A stretch of 64,000 nt of DNA from positions 62,001 through 126,000 of the forward strand of contig JAMDHS010000033.1 of NCBI GenBank assembly GCA_029717555.1. Reading direction: 5' to 3'. The DNA is from Peribolospora baueri (Eukaryota). Position 1 is the stretch's first letter, and the number at the start of each line of letters is the position of its first letter. The translations under genes and the position numbers were made by a program. The notes beneath the pieces were generated by a model. That model did not search any database and had not been told where the DNA came from. It was given only the letters and a program-made list of their open reading frames with translations. Below, piece after piece: positions 11,371-22,690 of this stretch.

Positions 11371-14300
11371 ATGTCGAAGCGCAAGCTAGCCGGGATGTCC
11401 TTTGCCCCGGCGCCTGCGGTGCATTCCAGCGACGCGCCCGGGCCAGCACCGGAGGATGACTTGCGGATCACCATGCTCGGCGCCGGGCAGGAGGTAGGCA
11501 GGTCGTGCTGCGTGATCCAGTACCGGGGCCTCACCGTCGTATGCGATTCTGGCGTCCATCCTGCCTTCACCGGCATGGCCGCTTTGCCCTTTATCGACGA
11601 GCTGGATTGGAGCACAGTGGACTGTCTGTTGATTACGCAGTAAGTGCGGACGCACGCACGAGAGGAGCGACATGAATGAAGTAAGGCGATGAGAAGCCGT
11701 TTTGTGACCGCCTGGATTGTTCACCACCAGTACAGTTTCCACCTCGACCACGCCGCTGCACTCACATACATCATGGAAAAGGTGGGCCTTTTTGTGCCTT
11801 TATCGCCATCAGAGCTTCTTTGCCCACATGGCGCCGGACCGTGCAAAGAATGGGCGCGTGTTCATTTCTGTCTCGCCCCCTCGCAGACCAACTTTAAGGA
11901 TGGGAAGGGAAAGGTGTACATGACCCATCCTACCAAGGCCGTGTATCGCTTTCTCATGCAGGACTATGTGCGACTGAGGCGAGTGAAACACCGCCGCTGT
12001 GTTGCGTTACCTGTGTTCATTCCTTTCTAATTTTGCTTCGCCCCCGATGTATACTTCTTTCACCCAATCAGTAATGCCGGCGCAGACGACCAGCTGTTCG
12101 ACGAGTCCCAGATGCTCGTCTCCTGGCGGCAGATCGAAGCGGTGGACTACCACCAAGACATCTCCGTCCGAGGCGGCTTGCGCTTCACGCCTTACCACGC
12201 AGGCCACGTTCTCGGCGCGTGCATGTTCCTTATCGAGATCGCCGGTCTGCGCGTGCTGTACACTGGCGACTACTCAAGAGAGGAGGACAGGCATCTCGTT
12301 CAGGCCGAAGTTCCGCCTGTGAGGCCTGACGTGCTTATTTGCGAGAGCACGTACGGAACCCAGAATTTGGTGCCGAGGTTGGATAAGGAGGCTAGGTTCA
12401 CCGGTGGGCGTTTAATCTTCTGGCCTCACTTTCGACCATCCTCTCGCTGCATACGTATCTGGCGGCTAATTTGCCTGCTTTATTGCACCGTGTTTCATTC
12501 CTCAGCCCTTGTCCACAGCATCATCCGCCGCGGTGGTCGCGTCCTCTTGCCCGTATTCGTGCTCGGCCGAGCGCAAGAGCTTCTCCTCCTCCTGGACGAA
12601 TACTGGTCTGCGCACCCGGAGCTGCACTCCGTTCCCGTCTATTACGTGTCCTCCCTCGCAAAACGATGCATCCAGGTGTACCAGACTTACATCCACACCA
12701 TGAACGACAACATCCGGTCGAGATTTGCGAGAAGGGACAATCCTTTCCAGTTCAAGCACGTAAGCAACCTCAAGGGTTTGGACAAGTTTGAGGACAGGGG
12801 GCCGTGCGTCTTGATGTGCAGCCCAGGACTGATGCAGAGCGGCGTTAGCAGGGAGGTGCTGGAGAGATGGGCGCCCGATAAGAGGAACGGCTTGATCGTA
12901 AGCGGCTACTCAGTGGAAGGGACGATGGCAAGAGTGAGCAAATGCCGATCTTTTGCATCCTCATAAGCCAGCTTTCCTTCCCACACCGACTGATTGACTA
13001 TGTGGACGCCCCTAATACAGACCATCCTCACCGAGCCCGAAGAGATCATCAGCATGTCCGGCCAACGCATTCCTCGACGCATGTCGGTGGATTACATCTC
13101 CTTTTCCGCCCACGTCGACTTTGCCCAAAACGCCGGGTTCATAGATGAGGTCAAGGCGCAACACATCGTTCTTGTGCATGGGGAGCAGAATGCTATGAGC
13201 AGACTAAGGGCGGCGTTACAAAGCAAGTACTCGGAAAGGGCTGAAGACGTCAAGATTCATACGCCGAGGAACTGCGACGTGCTCAAGCTCAAGTTTAGAG
13301 GGGAGAGGATGGCAAAGGTGCGAGCTCCTCTTTCCTTTCATCGCTCTCTTTTCCCCGTGTACACGCGACGATGGCATTTGTGCCTTTCTCTTTCCGGGGT
13401 GACCATCGTATGCGTATGTCTGGCTTGCTAAACACGCCCGTTTTTTTTTGCAGGCCATCGGCTCCATTGCCGCCAAGCCTCCGCCGCCAGACACGCTCCT
13501 TTCAGGCCTGATCGTCTCCAAAGACTTTGTGTACACGATTCTTGACCCTTCAGACCTCTCCGAGTTCACGGGATTGTCGACGAGCGTCATCGTTCAGAGA
13601 CAGCGTATCGCACTCGGCGTCAGTTGGGAGCTCGTTAAGTGGCACTTGGAGGGGATGTACGGGGGTTTGAAGGAAGGCGTGGACCCGGACAGGGTTCCGA
13701 CCGTGCGGGTACGTTTCCGACTTGGTCCTGGCGTTCCTCTTGGCGAGAGCTCACTAGAACCCTCCATTTTTTCATATTCCTTTGGCGGGCGCTAACGGAC
13801 GGAACAGGTGATGGACGTGATCGACATCAAGCATACTTCCGAGCACCAGCTCACGCTTGAATGGGTGTCAAGCGTTGCCAACGATATGATTGCCGACTCT
13901 GTCCTCGCACTGCTCCTTGGCATTGATCGGACACCGGCTTCAGTCAAGAGTGAGTTCGGCGACGCAACAAGGCCAGATGGAACGTTTGTGTCGTCATCTG
14001 TCCATACAGGATGAGGTCACATTTCCGGTTCTATTCGTTGATCGCTCGTTCCGCTGACGCTGGTCATTCGTTCTTTTCCGCTGCCAGTGACGACCCAACC
14101 ACACACTCATCTCCACTCGCACCCTCACGCCACCGCCGCCACCACGACGTGTGCGGATGCGCACTCGACCAAGTCTTCCTCCTCCCCTCCGGCGCCTGCG
14201 AACGTGCGAGCAGAGCGGATGCTGGCCTTTCTGGAGGCTCACTTCGGACCTGCAGAGGAATGCGTGCTCAAAGTCACACCCGAAGGTAGGATTGTGGAGG

Positions 14301-15040
14301 AGCAGGTAGGCGAGGAGGAGACGGCCGAGGGCGAAGGAGGTGTGAAGATGGAGGACGCCGATGAGAAGACGCCCGAAGCCGCACAAGCACCAGCTTTGGA
14401 CGACGAGAAAGGGCCAACGGACGCAACGGAGACGGTGAAGACGAACAAGAACTCTGATCTGGTAGACCACCCGGGTGTGCGGGTGCGCTTGGACGAGCAA
14501 TTCGCGCTGGTGGATCTAGTGACCTTTGTGAGTCGAACCGAACCCACAGACTTTTTTTCTTTTTCTTCTTCCTTGCGCGTGCTTTTTTTCCGGCTTCAAA
14601 ATGCACGGGCTGCACAAATCTCCTTCCCGGCGCGCCCTTCCTATCTCCCCGTCTCCCGTTTCTGACATAATCCCCGCTTCCACGCTCTCGCGAACGAACG
14701 AACGCACGAAAATGTACATCCAAATCCGAACCAGGACGTCGCCTCGACCACGTCGCCCGCCTTCGCTTCGCGGGTACGCAAGGTCGTGTCTCTTTCTTTG
14801 CGGACGATCCGGCCTCTTTCGGAAGGGTGGACGGTGGCGTCGTCGCCGGACATGGACGTGCTCGGGCTCGGAGACGGAGACGGCGACGGCGAGGTCAGCG
14901 CCAAGGGAGAAGAGGGAGAGGGAGCGGATAGGTTCGTGGAGCTTCCGGAGGCGAAGAGGACGAAGACAGTCGAGGGCAACGAGGACGGCGAAGGAAAGAG
15001 CAAGGCGGACGAGGGAGGGAAAGTGGTGGAGGATCTCTGA
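11371..15040 (+). CDS. YSH1: mRNA 3'-end processing endonuclease CPSF73/Ysh1 (metallo-beta-lactamase/beta-CASP)
   Basis: [18 protein letters not shown] (split by an intron), [31 protein letters not shown] and LVHGE motifs. The last exon runs 14735-15040. Confidence 0.96.
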
Positions 15041-15445
15041 GAGACGCCAGTTGTTCCTTTGATCGGGAGGGTCGCCCATCTGTTATCTTAACGTCGTTTG
15101 AGATTGTAGATCCATGTACCCTTTTCAAACCCGCTGCGAGCAGACTGGGAGCGAACGACGGTTTTGCCAAGGAGCATGTCGCAGTTGGGTTTGCACGTGG
15201 AGGACGACGAAGTGAACGAAAGAAACGCATATTGTATTACAACTGCGCGTCCGGGTAGAAGGGTAGCGAAGTGAGGGACGTCTGGTTGTAAGACCTAGCT
15301 CGTGATACTTCCCCAATTGTCGACAAGACGGAACAGACAAGGGTGGTAGAAGGAAGCAAAGAGGTGGCAAAAGACCGGAGACAGAAAGCAGGGGGAGCCG
15401 AACTGACGCGAGGATGGAACAATGCCCAGCTAAGGACCGAACCGC

Positions 15446-16537
15446 TTAAGCGGCAGGAGCGGGAGCGGCAGCACCGTTGGCATGGGCGGTGTAGTCATCC
15501 ATCTCCGCGTCCAGGTCCTCCACCGTCTTTTTGGGTCGAGGCGGGGCGCGAGAACCTCCACGCCTGCCGCGACCACGGCCCCTACCGGCGGCGCCACCGC
15601 GAGCGGCAGGCTTCTGCTGGACGACGAGGGCCGGCTGAGTGGCGGCCGCCGTAGCCGGGTTGACGACGATCTCGACCTTGATGGGCCGCTCTTCACGAAA
15701 CAAGTTGGTGGGGACGGATGGGAGCAGCGGTGGCGTGAGAAAATGCTTCAAAAGCAGCAGTGGTCGAAAAAGGTCGGCGATCTACTCACTCTGGTCGATG
15801 AGCCTGTTGTTGTACTGCTGATAAGCCCTGGCGCCATCGGCGGCGCGCTGGAAGATGACGTGGCAAACGCCGGTGGAGCGACCGTTGGCAAGGTAGCTGA
15901 GCTGCACCTTCTTGAGTGGGCCGATTGTCGAGCTGAAGAGCTCCTACAGACGCGAACGACGACGGCGTGGTGGAAGACACGGCGCGAACGAACGAACGGC
16001 CGGATGCGGGTGCAGCGAGCGAAGGGCGGAGAAGCGGTGAATCGTCAGAATGCTGTCAGAATGCAGCCGAAATGACGGCAGGCAGGCACGACCGGCAGGC
16101 AGGCAGTCGTTCGTTCGGACGATGGGGGAGCCGAAGGAATTGACCACGCGACTGACTGCCGGTGCAACCGAATGCAACTGGAAAATCGAGCCGACGAAGG
16201 AGGTTTAAAGGGCAGGGGGGAAGGGGGAGGGCATCTAGCTGACCTTGATCTGGGCCTCGGTCACGTCGCCAGGCAGGTTGCTGACGATGATCTTCGAGCC
16301 TTCGTTGGCGCCACCGGGGGCGCGTCCCGGGATGACGATGGGCTGCTGCTGCTGCTGAGCCTGCTGAGCCCGGTTGCCACGAGCGGAGGCCTTCACGGCA
16401 GACGCCCGAGCGCCCGAGCCGACGGCGGCGGCCTTGGCAGAGCCACGACGACGCGGGCCGCCACGACCGCCTCGGCGGGAGGCGCGTGGCTCCTCGGCGA
16501 TGATCTCGTCAAGAGAGCGGTCGATGTTGATGGACAT
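15446..16537 (-). CDS. YRA1: mRNA export adaptor Yra1/ALYREF
   Basis: REF-N box (NIDRSLDEII), RGG region, RRM (SKIIVSNLPGDVTEAQIK|ELFSSTIGP) and REF-C box (KTVEDLDAEMDDY). Introns at 16243-15944 and near 15789-15689. Confidence 0.93.
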
Positions 16538-17014
16538 GGCAACAGAAAAACGCCGTCAAACAGAAATAAGCCGAGAAGAAAGGCGCTTGGTGGCGTTGAG
16601 AGGAGGAACGGCGACGGTGGATGGTTGTGGCGTTGGTGGATGGTGGACGAGGATGGATGAGATATAGATGGAGGACGACGAAGGGGCGAGATGGTGTGAC
16701 GCAGGGGTGCCGCAGCAGCGCGGCTCGCACGTGCCGTAGCAACCGGAGCGGAAGTCCGATCTGAGGAAGAGGACAACGGATGGAGGGAGAGAGCGATGGG
16801 TGATGGGTGGGTTATGGGATGGAGTGAGATAAGATTCTGACCAAGAGCAAAAAGATACAAATACACATGAATGATAACCGACATGGAGAGCAAAGAGGAA
16901 ACGACCAAACACTGCGGCCCAAGACGAACGAGCGAGAGTGCGAGCGATGCGAGCATGGAAGAAAAAGAGAAAAGTAAAAAAAAAAAAAAGGAAGAAAACA
17001 TCGCAAGCGCCCAT

Positions 17015-20000
17015 TCAACTTGTCTCCAACTCCTCTTCGTCCAACACCAACTTGGTCCTCTTCCCCATCCTCGCACCTCCACCGCCTTCCCTCAAGAATC
17101 CCTTTCGAACCTTCTCCCTCGCCGCCTCAACGCCCATCTCATCCGTTCCGTCCGCGCCTTCCGAAGCCCACTCGAGCACGAGATGCCTCCCGAGCAGGTG
17201 CGTGTGCTTCAGCGCAAGCATCGCATTCTCGGCCTCGCGACGGGAGACGAATTCGACGAAGGCGAAGCCGCGCGTCTTGGAAGAGAAGGATTTCGGGAGC
17301 CGGACAGACTTGACGTTGCCGTGGGCGCTGTTCATCACGAGAAAATACGCGAGCGAGGTCAGACGCTATTTGTCGACTGAACCGGAAGGACATATGAAGA
17401 CTCCGACGAACCTGAACAACTCTCTGATATCCTTCTTTGTCACCTCGAACGGCACGTTCTTAATGATCATCTTGGTACTCGGCTTGCCCTTGCCAGCCTT
17501 GCCCTCCCCTTTAGCGCTAGCGCCCTCGCCTTCATCCTCAGCTCCCCTCTTGGCGAACTTTGCCATTAGCGTATGCCCGTCCAGCACGTACCCATCCAAC
17601 GCCCTCCGCGCCTTTTTCGCCTCCTCGGCAGTCTTGAAACCCACAAAGCCGTAACCCATGCTCAATCTGTCCGGTGCATCGGCAGAAGATGCGTTGGACT
17701 TGGACTTTGCAGGATTGGGCTTGGTCTGGATTCGCGCGAAAATGAAGCCGCTGAAGGCTGCGCATACGGAGCGGAAGCGGGCCTCGACGGTGGCAAAGGA
17801 GAGGTTCTTGACGAACAATGTCGAGCCCGGTTCGCCCTCTTCTTCCTCTACCGCCCTCCCATCGGAAGGCTTTAGAGCTTCTTCGACAGGGTTCACAGGT
17901 GCGCTCTTGCCCACAGACGTGTGCTGCGTAGCCGCGGCGCCCTTCTTCGCAGCAGCAGCAGCCGCGGCTTCGGGTAGAAAAACGCCCTCAGGTGCCTTTT
18001 CGAGGTAGAGCACCGAGTTACCCAAACGCTTGTACGCCAATGCCCGAAACGCGGTTTGAGCCTCTTGAGGTACGACCATCTCCACGACAGCCATCGTCCC
18101 TGCCGGAGGTACGAGCACCCTGGCGACGTCTCCGTGCGCGGCAAACATGCGCCGAATCTCGTCCTCGCCCGTGCCAAAGGGAATGTTCTTCACGAGGATG
18201 CAGGTCTGAGAGCGTGCCTTTTTATCGGATTCAAAGGCCGAGAGGTTGATCCCTTGTGATTCTAGATAGTCCTTCGTTTCTTGGATGATGTGCGTCTCGG
18301 CAAGTGCTAGTCGGACCGCCGCGTTCGGAGCCTCCGGGTTAAGGATGTCTGCTTTAGCGACGTTGAAGCGAGAGGCAATGGAGGACACGACGGCATCGGA
18401 CTGTCATAGGACAACCAGACGGGTATTAGCAAGTCGAAAAACAAAAAAGAGGCGTACGCGAGAGGTTCCATCGCACTCACATTCATGTAAAGCATGCCCC
18501 AATTAAACTCCTTCCCAGCGTCCTTCTTCCTCGCCTCCCTCTTCGCATCAGCGACCGTTTTGTTTTTCCCACTCCCCTCCGGCTTGGAGACCTTGTCGAT
18601 GGCAGGAATCACGTGCAGGATGCGACCCTGGAAGCCGGTCTTGTCTGTGGCCTTGAGAGCCGATAATGCGGAGGAAGGGCTGGCATAGTGAACGTAAGCG
18701 AGACCTTTGGAAGATTTTGTGTTCGGATCCAAAGGCATGTGCACCTTGGATGAGAGAAACAAGAATGCGAGTTAATCCACGTTCTTCGGTTAAATGCGAG
18801 CAGCGGCCTTGCGGAGCAGTGCAGCAATGGCAATGCGGTCAGAACAAGAAATTTCTACTATCGATTCCACATGGTATCAGCATTGCCAAAGCTCTGCTGT
18901 CCCTATGTTAGTTGTCATCGCCCCGCCACTCCGAAGCGCGCTGCACTGCTCCGATGCCATCTAGAACCATTATGAGAGCACCGGACAAGAAGCTCACCTG
19001 TTCGATTGGGCCGAACTCGCCGAAGCGCTTCTCCAGATCCTCGGCCGAAGTGGTAAAGGGCAGGTTTCGAAGGAAGAGCCTACCGGTTGCCATGACTGCG
19101 TCAACAATCTCTTGTTCTTGTCTTTGCCGCTCTTCTTCATCCAGCCGGGCTTTTCGTTCCTCAGGTGTCTCCTGTAAACGACAAAGGAAAGAAGTGTGAA
19201 AGGCTGCCACCTGCTGAACGAGGGGGGTCAACGTGATAGCAAAGATCCTCACCTCTTCTTCGTCCTCGCTCTCTCCTTGCTCATCCTCACTCTGTACCCA
19301 TTGCGGGCTCTCTTCGGTTCCCTCAGGCTGCTCCTCACCGCCCACCTTTCGCCTCATTCTCCTTCGCATATACTCCAGGTCCGTAAGCCCTTGGTCATCC
19401 AGATCGGCCCTCTTCTCCTCGTCCAGCTCCTTCTCCCTCTCTTCCCTCTCTCTCGCTAAGCGGTCCCCCTCTTCTCGGGCAGCTTTCTCCGCCTTATCTG
19501 TTTTTCTACGCTTGCGCGCCTCCTTATCCTCCCTCGCCTTCTCCAGAGCGAGCGGGTCCGAGGACGAGGCGGCGTCGAGAGACGCTAGGTCCTCGTTCAT
19601 CCACGTCTTCCGCTTCGACCTAGGTGCCATTACTTGCATGAACTCTTCAAAAGTGACCGTCGAGCCTTTGTTGGCTACCTTGGTCGGCTTTGCCTGAGCC
19701 GTCGGCTTGGCCGCTCTGCCATGGTCGGAATTGGCTGGCGTCACTGCATTTTCCTTGGCCTGCGTGGACGAAACGGCAGATCAGCGAGAGTCCATCGGCG
19801 ATAGCAGGTCGAATTTGGGTCTAGAAGCGAGTGCAACACTGACCGCCTTGGCGAATTCGACGCTTATCCGACTTGTGTCAAGAAACGTCCTGTCGAAGTA
19901 CTCCTTGGCGGCCCTGGCTTCCGTCTCGTCCTTGAAGCCCACGAAGCCGAACCTCCTGCTCGTCCCATCTGACTTGCGCATGAGACGTACGTCAGTGACG

Positions 20001-20188
20001 ACGCCGCCTTGGGCGGCGAAGTGCTCGCGGAGGCGCGCATCAGAGAGGTAGGAGGGCAAGTTCTTGACGATGAGGCGGGACCTGTGTGATGGACGTCAGT
20101 GAGACGAGGACGAAAGGGGAATGGATGAGCGAGCTGAACGCGCCGGCAGATAAAACCTTCGTGTTCCTGTCCTCCCTCGTACTCACAT
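17015..20188 (-). CDS. MRD1: Multiple-RRM pre-rRNA processing protein Mrd1/RBM19
   Basis: Five RRMs: SRLIVKNLP...SRRFGFVGF, GRLFLRNLPF, ILVKNIPF, TLFVKNLSF...LSMGYGFVGF, RGFAFVEF...HLLGRHLVLEWA. Also the AAVRLALAETHIIQET linker. The start codon is split AT|G by intron 20186-20082. Confidence 0.96.
18835..18926 (-). ncRNA. Intronic box C/D snoRNA, snR64/SNORD74-like (predicted guide for LSU rRNA Cm2337, yeast numbering)
   Basis: Lies in MRD1 intron 18997-18745. Box C GCGATGA (18921-18915), guide ATAGGGACAG (18906-18897) complementary to conserved LSU CUGUCCCUAU, D' CAGA, C' ATGCTGA, D CTGA (18842-18839), terminal GCGG/CCGC stem and a 14-bp outer stem. Confidence 0.85.
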
Positions 20189-20381
20189 CGTGGAGCGAGC
20201 TCAAGAGAGAGCGGTGAGGGAGAAGAAAGAAAAAGAGGAAGGAAGAAGGGCGAGGGTTAATGCCGAAACTCCCACGGCCAAAAACTGCGGCGAGCCGAGC
20301 AGCCGAGACCCACGTCCACTTTCTTCTCGTGGGGACGAGGGCGAGACACAAACAACGAAAACCATCGATCCCAGGGCAAGG

Positions 20382-22353
20382 ATGGCAAAGCGAGTGAGTA
20401 AAGTCGGCGTGAGAGACAACGGCGATGTATGCGCTGACGAGCGAGGACCGGCACGGCCTTCGTCGTTTGCGCCCGTCCACAGAAAAAGACGCGCACTCAC
20501 GTCAAGACGGACGACAAGAGCAACGACGCGCCCAAGTCGTTCGTCATCAAGTCCGGCACCGTCGGTCGGTCAGCCGCGGCGCTGGTGCGGGATGTGAGGA
20601 AGGTGATGGAACCCAATACGGCCAGTCGGCTCAAGGTGCGTAGGCCGGCGGCCATGTATATGGGCCCGTGGAAGAATTGAGCACCGTTTGCACTGCCTCT
20701 GACACGGGATAGATATGTACACCTTTGCATTCAGGAGCGCAAATCGAACAAGCTCCGAGACTTCCTGACCATGGCAGGCCCCCTAGGCGTCTCACATATG
20801 CTTGTCTTTAACCGGACCGAAGTGGGCATCAACATGCGCATTGCCAGGGCCCCGCGCGGGCCCACACTCACCTTCCGAGTAGTCAAGTACGCTCTCGTGA
20901 GGGACATCATAGCAAGCATGAGGAGACCTAGGAGCCCCGGGCAGGAGTTTGTCACGCCGCCTCTTGTGAGTGGAGCGCGGTGCGGTGCGGTGCGGTGCCA
21001 TGTGTGCTCCGCGTCCGTCGTGCTGACAGACACTTGTCGAAACATATTGACCCCGGACGTTTGTCGTTCACCACCTCCCACACAGCTCGTCCTGAACAAC
21101 TTCGCCTCCCCTGAGAAGCACTTGCAACTGCTGGCGACGACGATGCAGAATCTCTTCCCCCCTATTCACGTGCAGACCATGCATCTCACCCAGGCCCGTA
21201 GGGTGGTGCTTCTGAACTACAACTCGTCAACGCGCACCATCGACTTCCGGCACTACCTCATCTCGGTGCGCCCTGTCGGGGTGAGCAGGAACATCCGCCG
21301 CGTCGTCGAAGGTACCAGCTCGCGCTCTGCGAGCGTGAACCGGGACCAGCGACGAAGTGGATCAAAGAACTTGGTGAACCTGGGAAGCGCTGCGGACATT
21401 GCTGAATACGTGCTTGGAAGGGGAGGGACGGGTGTGGCGAGGGGAGGGCCGGAGAGCGGGATGGACACGGACATGTCGGAGGCCGAGTCGGAGGCGGAGG
21501 ACGCCAACGATCCAAAGATGGCCGTCGAGCTCGCACAAGACTACGTGGGCAGGGGAAATGCGAGGGACGAGAAGAGGGCGGTGCGGTTGCAGGAGATCGG
21601 CCCGAGGATGGAGTTGAGGTTGGTCAAGATCGAGGAGGGCTTGGGAGGCGGCGAGGTGCTCTATCACGATATCGGTGAGTTTTCATTTTCGGCGACCCAC
21701 TGCGGACGTCTTCCGCCTCGTGCGCGTGCGTCTGCACCCTCGGACCCTTCCTCACTCCACCCTCTCCTCGTTCCCCCGCCACGATTCAACCTGCAGTCAA
21801 GAAGACGCCGGCAGAAGCACTGGCCCTTTCACGCTCAGCGGCAGCCAAGAAGCGCCTCAAAGCGGAACGCAAGGCGGAGCAAGCGGCCAACGTGGCGCGC
21901 AAGAAGGCGGAGAAGGAGGCCCTGAAGACCTCGAAGCGCGGCAAGCGCGCAGAGGGAGAGGATCGGACGTCGGACGCCGTGGCGAGAGAAGAAGAGGAGA
22001 GCGATGCAGGCGAAGACGAGGGAGAAGACGAGTTCGAGTACGAAGACCAGTTCGGTCGTCCCGAGGAGGAGGAGGAGGAAGAGGACGGAGACGAGACGGG
22101 CGCCTTTGGGCTGGACGAAGAGCTCCTTTCGGACGGCGAAGAGGAGGAACAAGAGTCCGAGGAGGAGGACGAGAAGGCCGACGAAGAGGGTAGTGACAGC
22201 GACAGCGACTTGAGCCCCGTCGAGGTCGGCAAGGCATTCAAGCGTCCCAAGCAAGCTTCCGTTCCCTCTTCTCGTCCGTCCACGCGAGGCAAGCTTCCGG
22301 TGAAGCGAGGTAGAGGTGGCAAGGGCGCGGTGCGGGGGAGGTCCCGAAGATGA
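20382..22353 (+). CDS. SSF1: Brix-domain 60S biogenesis factor Ssf1/PPAN
   Basis: MAKR|KKTRTHV, PKSFVIKSG, DVRKVMEPNTASRLK|ERKSNKLRDF, PRGPTLTF, IDFRHY, AVRLQEIGPRMELRLVKIEEG, and an acidic C-terminal tail. Confidence 0.95.
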
Positions 22354-22690
22354 ATGAGGCTCGAGGTGTGCCTGCCATTGCCTCTTTCCTTGTATATTAG
22401 GTGTCGGCCTTTGCGCCTTTTGCCGAACAAGGGCCGCCAGGAAAGCTTCTCCAATGACTCTCTCATTTCAACCCGCCGCTCGAGAGGGCGGACGACAACA
22501 CATGATGGAAAGAACGAGTGGCATGAACGGGCACTTCAAGATCCTGCGAGGAGATGTTGGCCGTGCATGCCTCGTCCTCTGTCCACCTCTCAATCCTGTT
22601 CCGAGAGACCGACGCGAGTAAAATACATTATCAGGGTAAACTGAGGTCGGTATGTAGTAAGATGGATGGGTAGTGTCCCGACGGACAGAT

